64,000 nt of DNA from the NCBI RefSeq assembly GCF_009914755.1, contig NC_060941.1. One strand, given 5' to 3'. A program made the position numbers and the translations under genes. The DNA comes from the human T2T-CHM13v2.0 reference genome, Homo sapiens. The notes beneath the pieces were generated by a model. It was given only the letters and a program-made list of their open reading frames with translations. It was not told where the DNA came from and searched no databases. Shown here one piece after another: positions 26,259-46,799 of this stretch (within the stretch, counting starts at the first letter, position 1; every line of letters begins with the position of its first letter).

Positions 26259-27604
26259 TAGCACACTTTAATGAGTACTACCCAAGTGCATTAGGTACTG
26301 AGAAATGAGTGAGAATGATTGCCGGCTTCCAATCAACCCTCGTGTGCAGGGTCTGGGTTCTTCTCAGTTCATTTAGGAACTGTTAAAGCTGTGAGGTCAG
26401 CCCCGCTCACAAGGGTCTGGATTATACAGCAAGATTATTTTGCTTTTCTTTATTTTTCCCCACCCCACTAATCGTGCTCCTAAAGCAAGATTATTGATCT
26501 GTAATCTGAAACGTAACTGACAAGCTGAGGGGATCTCCCCAGGAAGGGAAGCTACTTGAGAAACTGAATTTAGATCAGAAGTTGATTGTTCAGAATACAG
26601 CTGAGCCCAGAGATTGCATGGCACCAAGAGAGGTTTCTGTCAAGCCGTCCCGTTCCGAGATGCCCCATCGCACCAACGAAGCAACTGCTGAGCAGGTTGG
26701 CACTAACACGAGCTGGCGTTTGTCCAGACCTTAAGACTCTTTAAATAGCTTTTCATATATTTAATCCTCACATTGCCTATGTGAATATAAGCGTAATTAT
26801 CTCCATTTTACAGATGAGGAAATCCGAAGTTCAGGGAGGGTAAATGGTTTACCAAGGTCAGATGACCAGTGTTAATCGTGAGGTAATTAGCCTTAGATTA
26901 GGGAGAGGTAGTTTGATTTAAATGATATCTGACATAATATACGGGTTTAGACATTTTTGGCTCCAACCAGTGATGCCAGTCCAGGAAAATGTTACACCTG
27001 CTCAGATGTTAACCCTGCTGCGGGCTGGAGGAGAAGGCACCCTCACCCCAAACCTCCCCAGGAGAAGAAAACCCTGCAGCTATCAGAAGTTTTAGTAAAA
27101 CAACTATCAACAGTCCATGCAACTGGCTACATAATTTGTGTTTGTGTTGCAACACTGTCCAAATTGCAACATTTTCATCAAAATAGAAAACTGAAATCCC
27201 CCATCTTTACCCTATGGGCCAGGTCCTCCTGGGGTGAAGGGGGAGCTGGGATTTTTTTTTTTTTTTTTTTTTTTGAGATGGAGTCTTGCTCTGTCGCCCA
27301 GACTGGAGTGCAATGGCGCGATCTCGGTTTACTGCAAGCTCCGCCTCCCGGGTTCACGCCATTCTGCTGCCTCAGCCTCCCAACCCCCAACCAGTAGCTG
27401 GAACTACAGCTACCACGCCCGGCTAATTTTTTGAATTTTTAGTAGAGAAGGGGTTTCACCGTGTTAGCCAGGATGGTCTCGATCTCCTGACCTCGTGATC
27501 CGCCCACCTTGGCCTCCCAAAGTGCTGGGATTACAGGCGTGAACCACCGCGCCTGGGCAGGGGGTGCTGGGATTCTAATCCCTCATGTTCAAGGGGTTCC
27601 GTGG

Positions 27605-28622
<1,018 letters not shown>

Positions 28623-29399
28623 CTGCTGCCTCTTTCTTGCTCCTTCTTCCTCCTTTTTCCTCTCCTTCACAAAGAGCTGTCTGCTCTTGCCTTTTTTTTT
28701 CCTTCCTTCTTTCTTTTCTTTTTTTTCTTGTCTTTCTTTTCTTTCTTTCTTTTGACAGAGTCTGGCTCTGTTACCCAGACTGGAGGTGCAGTGGCACAGT
28801 CATAGGTCACTGCAATTTTAATTTTGAACTTCTGGGCTCAAGCAGTCCTCCCCGCCTGAGCCTCCCAAGTAACTGGAATTACAAGTGTGTGCCACCATGC
28901 CTGTCTAAGTTTTTTAAGAGACAAGAGACTGCGTGCGGTCTCACCATGTTGCTTAGGCTGGTCTCAAAGTCCTGGGCTCTAGTGATCCTCCCACCTCTGC
29001 CTCCCAAAGTGCTGGGATTATAGGTGTGAGCCGTAAGCCACTGTGCCCAGCTCTCTTGACTTTTTTTTTTTTTAGACGAAGATCACTGCACAATCTTGGT
29101 TCACTGCAACCTCCTCTTCCTGGGTTCAAGCGATTCTCCTACCTAAGCCTCCCGAGTAGCTGGGATTACAGGCACCCGCCACCACGTTTGGCTAATGTTT
29201 GCATTTGTAGTATGCCGGGAGGACATTCCCCTCCCTTCTGATCCTCCTCCCTTTCTAAGCCCCTCTCCACTCTCCTCGACCCCTGGGCACCTTCAAGCAG
29301 GCCTTCTAGACATGCCAATCCTATACCCTCAGGCCTTGCCCGTCTAACAGTCGTTCCCTGACCTCCCACGACCCCTCGGTCCCACAGCGTCCCAGGGTT

Positions 29400-29541
29400 T
29401 GTCTTTCTTTCTTGATTGTCTCTCTCCCTCTCTCTTTCTTTCTTTCTTTCTCCTCTCTCTTTCTTTTCCTTCCTTCCTCTTTTCCCTTCCTTCCTCCCCT
29501 CCCTCCTTCCTTCTCTTCCTTCCTTCCTTCCTTTCTTCCTT
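29400..29541 (+). repeat. Polypyrimidine (CT/CCTT) low-complexity tract
   Basis: About 140 nt of almost only C/T next to an antisense Alu tail. Confidence 0.9.
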
Positions 29542-30709
29542 AAGACGGAGTTTCACTTTTGTTGCCCAGGCTGGAGTGCAATGGCACAATCTTGACTCAC
29601 TGCAACCGCCTCCCAGGTTCAAGATTCTCCTGCCTCAGCCTCCCAAGTAGCCAGGATCACAGGCACCTGTCACCACGCCCGATTAATTTTTGTATTTTTA
29701 GTAGAGATGGGGTTTCACCATGTTGGTCAGGCTGGTCTTGAACGCCTGACCTCAGGTAATCCACCCGCCTCAGCCTCCGGAAGTGCGGGGATTACAGGCG
29801 TGAGCCACTGTGCCTGGCTTTGCATTTCTTATGACTCCTTAGCAGCATCCTTGTTCCTGCTCACTTCTGCCTCCTGCCTCTAGACTATGGGCTTGCCCCT
29901 TGGGTCCGGGGACCTGGTTGATTTTGCTCACAGTTGTATCCTCAGTACCTAGATTTGCCTGGCACATGAAGGTGCTCAGTAAATATTTATTGGGTGGGCA
30001 AGTGCTTAGAATGTCACCTACAAGCCATGTCCCTGAGAGTGTCAGGCACCAAAGGGAGGAAAGACAAGTTTTGCCACTCGATCCAGCAGGAAACAGCAGG
30101 GCTGGCGATGGACCTCAAAACCTGCAGAAAGGAGGGGCTCCCTAAGTGTTCCTTCTAAGCCACGCATTCCTGGGAAAGAGCAGGACAAAAGAGCCAGCCA
30201 GGGAGCAAGCCTGTCATGGGGAGGAGGCTGCATCAGGATGGTTTAGACGTGTGGAAACAATTCTAGGCCCCACAAGATGACAAGGGTGAATGAGCTGATC
30301 CACTTTGAATCTCTAAGTGCTACCAATACAAGAATAATTCCCAAATCTATGTCACGAGCTAAGGATCTCTCTTGAGCCTTGAACTAGTTTATCTAAATAA
30401 CTCCTAGACATATCTCTCCCCTAGCAGGGCCCCAGGCACCTCAAACCCAATCTCTCCAAAGCAACCCCTAAGAGCAGGGGCTGGGGTTGAAACCCTGGGG
30501 TCACCATTTGTTCTCTCTGCCATCTTGGCCAAGTTAAAGTTCTCTCATGCTGTTTTCTTCGACTGAAAATTGAGTATAAACAATAGAATAGGGCCAGGCA
30601 CAGTGGCTCACGCCTGTAATCCCAGCACTTTGGGAGGCTGAAGTGGGTAGATCACTTGAGGTCAAGAGTTCAAGACCAGCCTGGCCAACATGGTGAAATC
30701 GTATCTCTA

Positions 30710-31029
<320 letters not shown>

Positions 31030-31134
31030 TTACAAAAATTGGCCGGGAGCGGTGGCTCACGCCTGTAATCCCAGCACTTTGGGAGGCTGAGGCGGGTGGA
31101 TCACGAGGTCAGGAGATTGGGACCATCCTGGCTA

Positions 31135-31703
<569 letters not shown>

Positions 31704-33157
31704 TTAATTAATAGAGCAGTCCTAGTGGCCCCCATAGTGAAATTCTAATGCCTTGCAGAGAACAGAATCAAACTGTCAACCTCTGTAGGCTATTCTGTAT
31801 TCACAGATTCATTTGTAGAAGATGCATTTCATTATACGTTGTGTTTTTAGCAGTTACAGTGATGGCATGTTCCTTGGCAACTTCAGCTTGGAGAGATGAG
31901 ATTTGTAGCAGAAAGCACTCATCTGCATTTCTTCTCTTCCATCTCAAAGAGCAGTGAAGAGGCTGTAAGGCCGTCTGGTTTCTGAGGAACTTCAGCTTTA
32001 CCCTCAGGCAGGTTCCGCTGCTCCATCAGGCCTATGACACTGTTAGGGGCCCTGGAAATTGTTTTAATTAATTTTAAAATCAGAAGAAAATATGCATATA
32101 ATAATAATGAATATTATGAGAATGAATCTAGACCAAATGATGATCCCTTACCCCCGCCCTTGTCCAGGTGAATGGAGAAGGCCATGCATGTGTCCTGAGC
32201 TGAGCCAGTCAGAGCCCCTGCCCCGGACCCCAGATGGAGAGGACAGCCCGCTCCAGGCAGCAGGATCTGGATAGTAAGCGCTGGGGAGCTCTGGGAGGCC
32301 AGGAAGGTGGAGGGGAGGCAGCCAGGGGATATTCCAGGGTGACAGCATGGCAGGCCAGGGTGAAAGGAAGTATAAAAGCCCCCAGACAGGAAAATATCTG
32401 CATTCAAGCAGCTAAAGGCAGGCCCCGGAGGGTCCCCGGCAAGAATGGTGGAGGAGGCTGGAGATGAGATAGAGGCAGGGTTGGACCACCTGGGCCTTAT
32501 AAGCCAGAAGGAGCTGAGATTTTTTTTTCACTCCAATGAGCAGCTATGAAAGGGTTTTAAGGGAGGGAGTGACCAGATCTGATTTACATTTTAAAGAGAT
32601 TAGCACTGTGGAAAGTGTACTGTGGAGGTGGGGCAAGAGCTGAGAGCCACATGGAGGGCCCTGGATACTTCTGGACTCTGAATGGGGGGCCAGGCTTCAG
32701 CGATGTAGGTGAGGATGGAGACAGGTGGGTCCAAGAGGACCTGTGGGTGGAGGGGCTGGAGGGGGAAAGGAAAGGCTGTTATCAAGGATAAATGGTGGTG
32801 ATGGTCGTGCTGTTCTGCTCCTGAGCTGGGGAAGAAGGGAAGACATGAAGACTTCTGTTCAGACCCATTGAGGTACCCATGGCACACACACATGGAAGTG
32901 TGGAGAAGGCAGTGGAACATGTCAGTCTGGAGTGGGGGACACAGGTCAGGGCTGGACGCCCCTGGATGCTGGAAGTGTGGGTGGCATCAGTGCACAACTG
33001 GTGTTTGAAGCCACAAATCTCTGAGTTAGGGAGGAAATGGGAATGTGCTGTGAACCAGAAACTCAGAGGAAACTGCCCTTGTTGAGTCCCTGCTGAAGAC
33101 AGAGAATGAAGACAAGATAGAGAAGGATTCTTTCTTTCTTTTTTTTTTCTTTTTTGA

Positions 33158-33262
<105 letters not shown>

Positions 33263-34246
33263 TGAATAGCTGGGATTACAGGCGCCCACCATGCCCAGTT
33301 AATTTTTGCATTTTTAGTGGAGATGGGGTTTCGCCATGTTGGCCAGGCTGGTCTCTAACTCCTGACCTCAGGTGTTCCGCCCTCCCAAAATGCTGGCATT
33401 ACAGGCGTGAGCCACCGCGCCCAGCGAGAAGGATCCTTTAGATCTGGTAATGCAAGTGGCTCCTGACTTTGACCAGAGCCCTCTGGGTGGAGGGAGGAAT
33501 CTGGAAGCCAAATTGGGATGGGAAGGAAGAGTAAAACAGCATGATCACCAGTGCCTGGCCTCATCTCATCCCTGCCTGGGCTCTGGATTAAAAAACAGCT
33601 ATGAGCCGGGTATAGTCCCAGCTACTCGGAGGCCGAGGCAGGAGGATGGCTTGAGCCCAGGACGTTGAGGCTGTGGGTGAGCTACAATTGCACCACTGCA
33701 TTCCAGCCTGGGTGACAGAGCAAGACCCTATCTCTGAAATAAAAAATATTTATACTTAAAAAAATAGCTATATAGGACATTTTGGGGGCAAATGGGGAAA
33801 TTGGAAAATGGACTCCATATTAGATAATACCTTTTTTTGTTGAGACAAGGTCTCACTCTGGCATGCAGGATGGAGTGCAGGGAGCTCACTGCAGCCTCAA
33901 CTTCCTGGGCTCAGGAAGTGATTCTCCAGCCTCAGCCTCCTAAAGTGCTGGGATTACAGGCGTGAGCCACCACGCCTGGCCTGTATTAGATAATATAGCA
34001 GCTCTGAATTTGTTGTGTGTGATAATGGTGTGTGGTAAGAGAGAAACTGTAGGAGACACACATTGTAGTATTTAGGGCAGAAAGAGTAGATACTTGAAAC
34101 TTTCCAGTGCTCCAACAATAACAAAAAATTAAACACATACCCCATACACAGAGAAAGCACAGATGGCAAAATGCTAATTGGAAAAATCTAGGTGAAGAAT
34201 ATTTTAATATTTTTTCAACTCCTCTTTCAGCTTAATTATTTCCTTA

Positions 34247-34393
<147 letters not shown>

Positions 34394-34962
34394 TTAGCCG
34401 GGTGTGGTGGTGCATGCCTGTAATCCCAGCTACGTGGGAGGCTGAGCCAGGAGAATCACTTGAAACCCAGGAGGCGGAGGTTGCAGTGAGCTGAGATTGC
34501 GCCATTGCACTCCAGCCTGGGCAACAAGAGCAAAACTCCGTCTCAAAAAATTTAAATAAATAAATAAATAAATTAGCTGGGCGTGGTGGCGGGCGCCTGC
34601 CTGTAATCCCAGCTACTCCGGAGGCTGAGGCAGGAGAGTAGCTTGAACACAGGAGGCGGAGGTTGCAGTGAGCTAGATCTTGCCATTGCACTCCAGACTA
34701 GATGACAGACTGAGAACCTGTCTCCAAAAAAAAACTAAGTTGGGTGCGGTGGCTTACGCCTGTCATCCCAGCACTTTGGAAGGTCGAGGCCGGCAGATCA
34801 CTTGAGGTCAAGAGTTCAAGACCAGCCTGGCCAACATGGTGAAACCCCATCTCTACTAAAAATACAAAAATTAGCCGGGCTTGCCGGGCACGGTGGCTCA
34901 CGCCTGTAATCCCAGCACTTTGGGAGGCCGAGGTGGGCGGATCACCTGAGGTCGGGAGTTCA

Positions 34963-35250
<288 letters not shown>

Positions 35251-35280
35251 TCATGAGGTCAGGAGATTGAGACCATCCTA

Positions 35281-35479
<199 letters not shown>

Positions 35480-36099
35480 TTAAATTTTAATTACAAAAAG
35501 GAAGGGTGACTAGCAGGGTCAAGAGAAAGTTTCATACAATTGAGAAATTTTTTGAAGAATGGGAGCATAAATGTGTGTTGAAAGCAATGCTCATGGAAGG
35601 GAGGAGGAGAAGGTGATTATGTCAGCCAGGGGTGAGAGGTGCAGGGCAGAATCCTGGAGGAGCAGGTGGATGGCCCAGAGTGAGGGCCTGGAGGGTGGCC
35701 TTTGCCCAGTGTGGGGCAGCCACACGTCAGATGGGCAACTTGGTGGGGGGCGTTCCTGTCTGATGACTTCCCCTCTGTACTCTACGTAGGATATGGGGCT
35801 CTCTGCTAAGAAGGGCCAGGAGAGCAATGGGGAGGTTCCCGCAGGGAAAAACTGGTGGGATTTGTGGGTTTGTGTTGACGATCTGGGTGAAGATTGTTTA
35901 TTGGTTTAGGGAGGGAGACAAGAGGAAAGATTAAGTCCCCACACCTCCAAGACTCAGTTTCTCCATCTGTAACATGAGGAGATTGAACTAGGAGATCTCA
36001 AAGGACTCTGAACTCCAGTACGCTCATGGTCCCTTTAGGAAGTGATGGGAAGCATATACTGAATAGCACGAGCCTGGGTTATTTAAGAATTAAGGATAG

Positions 36100-36496
<397 letters not shown>

Positions 36497-36638
36497 GAAT
36501 TAAAGATAGCTAGTAAAAACTAGACAATTGCCTAAGACGTTTCTAATTGAGGATTAAAACCAATAAATACAAGAAGGCCAGGCATGGTGGCTCATGCCTG
36601 TAATCCCAGCACTTGGGGAGGTTGAGGTGGGCAGATCA

Positions 36639-36986
<348 letters not shown>

Positions 36987-37092
36987 TTAGGAGAGTGAGA
37001 CCATCCGGCTAACACGGTGAAACTCCGTCTTTACTAAAAATACAAAAAATTAGGTGGGCGTGGTGGTGGGCACCTGTAGTCTCAGCTACTCA

Positions 37093-37730
<638 letters not shown>

Positions 37731-38145
37731 TCACACAGCATGAAGTGAAACAGCACATCAATGTGATGAACACGGTTAACACTGAAGAAACCTGTATGTG
37801 CGAGCAAATATAGCATGAAAGGGTTCAGGGAATTTTTTTTTTTTTTTTTTTTGAGACTGAGTCTCACTCTGTTGCCCAGGCTGGAGTGCAGTGGCACGAT
37901 CTCCGCTCACTGCAACCTCCCACCTCCCAGGTTCAAGCGATTTTTCTGCCTCAGCCTCCCAAGTAGCTGGGACTATTGGCACGTGCCATGATGCCTGGCT
38001 AATTTTTGTATTTTTAATAGAGTCGGGGTTTCACCATATTGGCCAGGCTGGTCTCAAACTCCTGACCTCATGATCTGCCCACCTTGGCCTCCCAAAGTGC
38101 TGGGATTACAGGCATGAGCCACTGTGCCCGGCCGTCCTGTTTTTT

Positions 38146-38146
<1 letters not shown>

Positions 38147-38190
<44 letters not shown>
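38147..38190 (+). repeat. (GT)22 microsatellite
   Basis: Perfect GT run at the tail position of an antisense Alu. Confidence 0.95.
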
Positions 38191-38192
<2 letters not shown>

Positions 38193-39820
38193 ACGTTTGA
38201 GAGGGAGTCTCCCACTGTTGTCCATGCTGGAGTACAGCAGTGTGATCTCGGCTCACTGCAACTTCTGCCTCCCAGGTTCAAGCAATTCTCCTGCCTCAGC
38301 CTCCTGAGTAGCTGGGATTATAGGCATGTGCCACCACGCCTGGCTAATTTTTTGTATTATTAGTAGAGACAGGGTTTCACCCTGTTGGCCAGGCTGGTCT
38401 TGAACTCCAGGCCTCAAGTGATCCACCTGCCTCAGCCTCCCAAAGTCCTGGTATTACAGGCATGAGCCAATAGTGCCTGGCCAATAGTTTTTTTTTATTT
38501 TTATTTTTAAAGGGACAGGGTCTCCCTCTTTCACCCAGGCCGTAACCCTGAACTGCGAGGCTCAAACGATCCTTCTGCCTTAGCCTCCCAACTCCCAAGT
38601 AGCTAGGACTACAGGTGCACACCACCATGCCTGGCTAATTTTTAAATTTTCGGTAGAGACGGGATCTTGGTATGTTGCCCAGGCTGGTCTCAAACTTCTG
38701 GCCTCAAGTGATCCTTCTGCCTCAGCCTCCCAAAGTGCTGGGATTACAAGCGTTGTGCCACAGTGCTCGGCCAACAATAGATTTATAATATCACTGAGGG
38801 CAGGGATTGTGAGTCATCACCAGCTCCCCAGTGACTGGCAGCATGCCAGGAATGGGGGAGGGGAGAGAGGGAAGGAAGGGAAGCTTCTCGGCCTGACAGT
38901 TCAGCCAGGTGCAGGCACTGTCATGTTCATGGCCACCAGGCATCTGCCAAGCACCAGGCTCTGTGCTGCCCACTTTACACAGATGGTCTCATTTGGCCTT
39001 GATGACAGCCTGTGGAGGTTGGTATTATTTACTCCAAGAGGAAACTAAAGGCAGAGAGTTTAAGTAACTTGCCAAAAGTCACATGGCAGAATCAGGATTT
39101 GAGCTCAGATATGTTAAACTGAAGCTTGTGCTCTTGACTGCCTGGCTGTGCAGTCTTCCAGAAGAGCACGGCATGGACTTCTGGAATTCTTGCAGCCACT
39201 CGACTCAAAAGCAGTTAGCATAGTGCTGAGCACAGGTAATAGGGCATTTGACAAATGCCAGTGACTGTAGACCGAATGATTGACAGTCTGAAAGAATGAA
39301 TGAGTGAAGTGACTTCCTGTCTTGTGAGGTTTTTCTCTTCAAATGGAAGATTTCCCCATAGCCTTTGAATGCTCAATCTAATTAAGGCAAAAAGGCATCA
39401 GAGAATTGCAGGGCCTTTCCTTTATTAACTGTCAAGTCCAATCTGGAGGCTGTTTATGTGCCAAGGTCAGAGATCAGTCTTTAGCTGCTCTCCTCTCATT
39501 CATCTGGCCAACCTCAGAACATAAAGTTTATTGATGCAAAACTGATTGGCAGGCTGGGCTAACGAGCTGGCGGGAACAGGGAGTATCAGAAAGAGTTCTA
39601 AGCCAGCGTCGGCTCGGCCCGGCTCCTCTGCTGTCCTAACTTCCCTGTGCTCTAGGTTGCAGGGTCGCACCTTTCAGAAGTGAACCCCAGAAGAGTAGCA
39701 AATACTGCCTGGCCTTTTGGCAGTTCTTAAGGAGCCCAGTCAAGAGCAGGAGGGGGAGCAGTCCTTTTTCCTGGTTTTGTCTATTAACGTGGAAAGAGCG
39801 AGGCATGGAAGATTAGGTAG

Positions 39821-40695
<875 letters not shown>

Positions 40696-41440
40696 CAGGA
40701 GGTGGGCAGTCAGGAGAGACAGGTGGACCTGGGAGCTGTGTCTTCTACTCAAGATAGGGAAAGTACAACTCCCCTGGTTATTATCAGGACCAATTGATTT
40801 TGCCTGATCTGAGAGAAAACATCCTGACCACAGGTCACTTGAAATGCCCTGTAATTCAGAAACAGTGGCTGTCCACAGCAGACAGCTATCTGGATTTAAG
40901 ACCCCAAATTCACACACCACACCACAAATTGTCCACTTACAAGCAAAAAAATAACAAACAGCCAAGCCCCCAACCCACTCTCATTTTATTCCCTTGGTTC
41001 CAGGTCTCCTCTGAGCAGGTCATGTCTCCTGGTGTGTTTGCGTACAGGCTGTGGGGCTGGGGGGAAGGAGTCCTTTTTCCTCTTACCCCAGGCAGGGCTG
41101 GCTCCAGGTTGCAGAGCTCCACAGAGAAAACTGCTCACTGCAGAGAAGGGCATAGTCCAGCCCAAGCTCTACTCTGATGAGCTCTGAGATCGGGGGTGGT
41201 GACTTCATCTTCTATCTATGGCTTGGAACAATGATGATGACCATGACCCTCTGGTTTCAGTTCAGTCAATGAATGGGGAGCAAATTGCTATTGTCAGGCA
41301 CTAGGCTAGGGAGGTGATTCAGAAAGGCTCCCAGAGACCCACACACCAATCACTAAACTAATATAACACGCTAAATACTACATCTACAGTAGGGATAAAG
41401 TGTTTTAGGTACACAAAGGGAGTTGAGAAAAGCTTCAGAG

Positions 41441-41619
41441 GTTTTCAAAGTGGTTTCCAGACCATCATCAACCAGCCTCACCTGGAAAGTTGTTAGACAT
41501 ACAAATATCAGCCCCACCCCAGACTGGCTGAATAAAAAATTCTGGGGGTGGGGCCCAGCAATCTGCGTTTGAACAAGCCCTCCAGGTGATTATGATGCAA
41601 CCTAAAGTCTGAGAATCAC
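41441..41619. mobile_element. MER5A hAT-Charlie MITE
   Basis: tcacctggaaagttgttaga...ccccaccccagact...tgggggtggggcccagcaatctgcgttt...aagccctccaggtgattatgatgca...aaagtctgagaatcac. Confidence 0.8.
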
Positions 41620-41782
41620 GTAGAGGTTGGAAAACTACCTTGCAACCAGCAACCTGTTTTTGCAAATAAAGTTTTATTGGAACACAGCCATAATCCATCA
41701 TTCAGACATTGTTTGTGGCTACTTCCCTTTTAACCAGCAGAGTTGGTAGTTACGACAGAGACAATATGGCCCGCAAAGCCTG
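41620..41782. mobile_element. MER58A-like hAT-Charlie MITE
   Basis: cctgtttttgcaaataaagttttattggaacacagcca...agcagagttggtagttacgacagagac...tggcccgcaaagcct. Confidence 0.75.
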
Positions 41783-41834
41783 ATTCTGCCAAATGACTAG
41801 ACTAGATTTCCCATACTAGGGAGCATAGCCTAGA

Positions 41835-45058
<3,224 letters not shown>

Positions 45059-46724
45059 AAGACAGTGTCATTTGATGGAGTTGCTTTCTTGATCGTTGGC
45101 TGCAATTAAAGACCTAGCCTCACTGTCTTTTGTGTTGCCTTGGACCGGCTCTTAGGTTCTACCGCCCTAACAGGCAGTGGAGGCTGGCCTCGAGTGGTAG
45201 TCCTCCATCTTGCCCTCTTTTCCTACCCTCTACCCCCAACCCGCGAGCTGCTCTCCTGTCTTCTTCCAACACTGTTCTCTTTGGGAATATGCATGTCCAA
45301 CTTCCCAAGCAGTCTGGGATCTGGAGTAAGATGACTCTTGGTTTAATGAAGTTTTTCCACAGTGCTTGCATGTGCCCCAAGGGTTTGGAAGGTTGGAGAA
45401 CTAACAAAAAGCAAAGAGCCATCCTGTGTCGTTTCGGCAGGTCTGTGTTCTGTTAAAATATGGAAGAATTAAGAGAAGAACGAAGAAATAAGGGCAGAAA
45501 CTCCACTGGGGAGTACTTGTCTAACCCTGAAAAAGTTCAAGGCTGTTGTTCAAGGTCTGAATTTTTCCCTTGAGATTTGCTTGTAGTCCTTAAAGTCATC
45601 TTCAGACATCTGATCAAGGCAGCATCCGCGGAAAATTATAAGGTGGGTGGCTGCACTGGAGCCTGTCCTGGCTCAGGGGCGCCGGTGAAGAGTGATTTTT
45701 TTCCCTTGGCCTTGGGGGATCAGAGGGGGTGCCCTCTGCTATGCAGGAAGCCCTCCTTGCCCGCTAGATAGTTCTCATTCCTCAGGAGATACTCTGTGAG
45801 GGGCCGGCGTGTTTTCTCCATCTTGGCACTTACCCTCAGACCCTCCTAAGTACCCGGGAGGGCCGTGTTTTTCATCGGAGGTTGAAATGGAACCTCCCCC
45901 TGGGTGCCCGGGGAGAGTACCTTGGGGGCAGCGCCCCTCCTTCCGGAGGGCAGCATCCCCGCGGGGGCGGGGGCTCGGCTTTGATCCCAGGGCACCTTTT
46001 GTCCCTGGAGACGCTCTGCCAGCCAGGTACGTGGAGGGAGTGCAGCCCGCCCTCCCGGGCGACGCGCGGGGCTGGGGCGGGCCGGCGGCTCCGGGGAGTG
46101 GCGGCCGGGAGCCCGCGAACGCGGGTGGGCGCCGTCGCCTCACTAACCGGGCGCCTCCGGGAAGTCCGGGCGGGGTCCGCCGCTCACACATAGGATTAGC
46201 GTCCTCTAAACTCCATCCCTGGGAAAAGCCGCCGCACTTCTCACCCAAACTCGCGGAGCCGAGGGGCTGGGCAGGGGTTGGGCGGGCGCGGGGGCCGGCG
46301 AGGCGGATCCGGGAACGGGTGGACCCGGGCGGCCAAGCCCCTTCAGCGCCGGCCCAACCGCCCCGGCCCGGGCCAGTCCAGCGGGGCGGGGGCCGGCGAC
46401 ACAAAGGCGGCGGCGGGTCCTCCGGGCCTCCGGCCTCGGGCAGTCGCAGGGCGCCCCGGGCCGCCGGACCTCCCCTCGCGTTGCGGCCCGTCAGCCGGCG
46501 CCGCCCGTCGCCCGCCCTCAGCCGTCCGGCGAGGCGCGGCTTCCTCCGCCGGCGCGGGGTCCCCTGGTTAACCCCTGCCCGGCAGCGCGGCCGCTGATTG
46601 GAGAAGGCGGGGCGCCGGGGCAGCGGGGACCCCCCCCACCTTCCTCGTCCCCTCCCCCTGCTCCCCCACTGTCGGCGCTTCCCCCACCCCCCCAGGACCC
46701 CCCCCTGCCTCCCAGCCGTGCAAA

Positions 46725-46734
46725 TCTCGCGAGG
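46725..46734. promoter_or_regulatory. BANP/ZBTB33-type CGCG element (TMTCGCGANR)
   Basis: TCTCGCGAGG matches the TMTCGCGANR promoter motif. Confidence 0.65.
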
Positions 46735-46799
46735 AAACACGCGGTTTCACTAGTGTGTTTACACCGATCACTACTAATCCGGACCGAACCGATCCGGAT

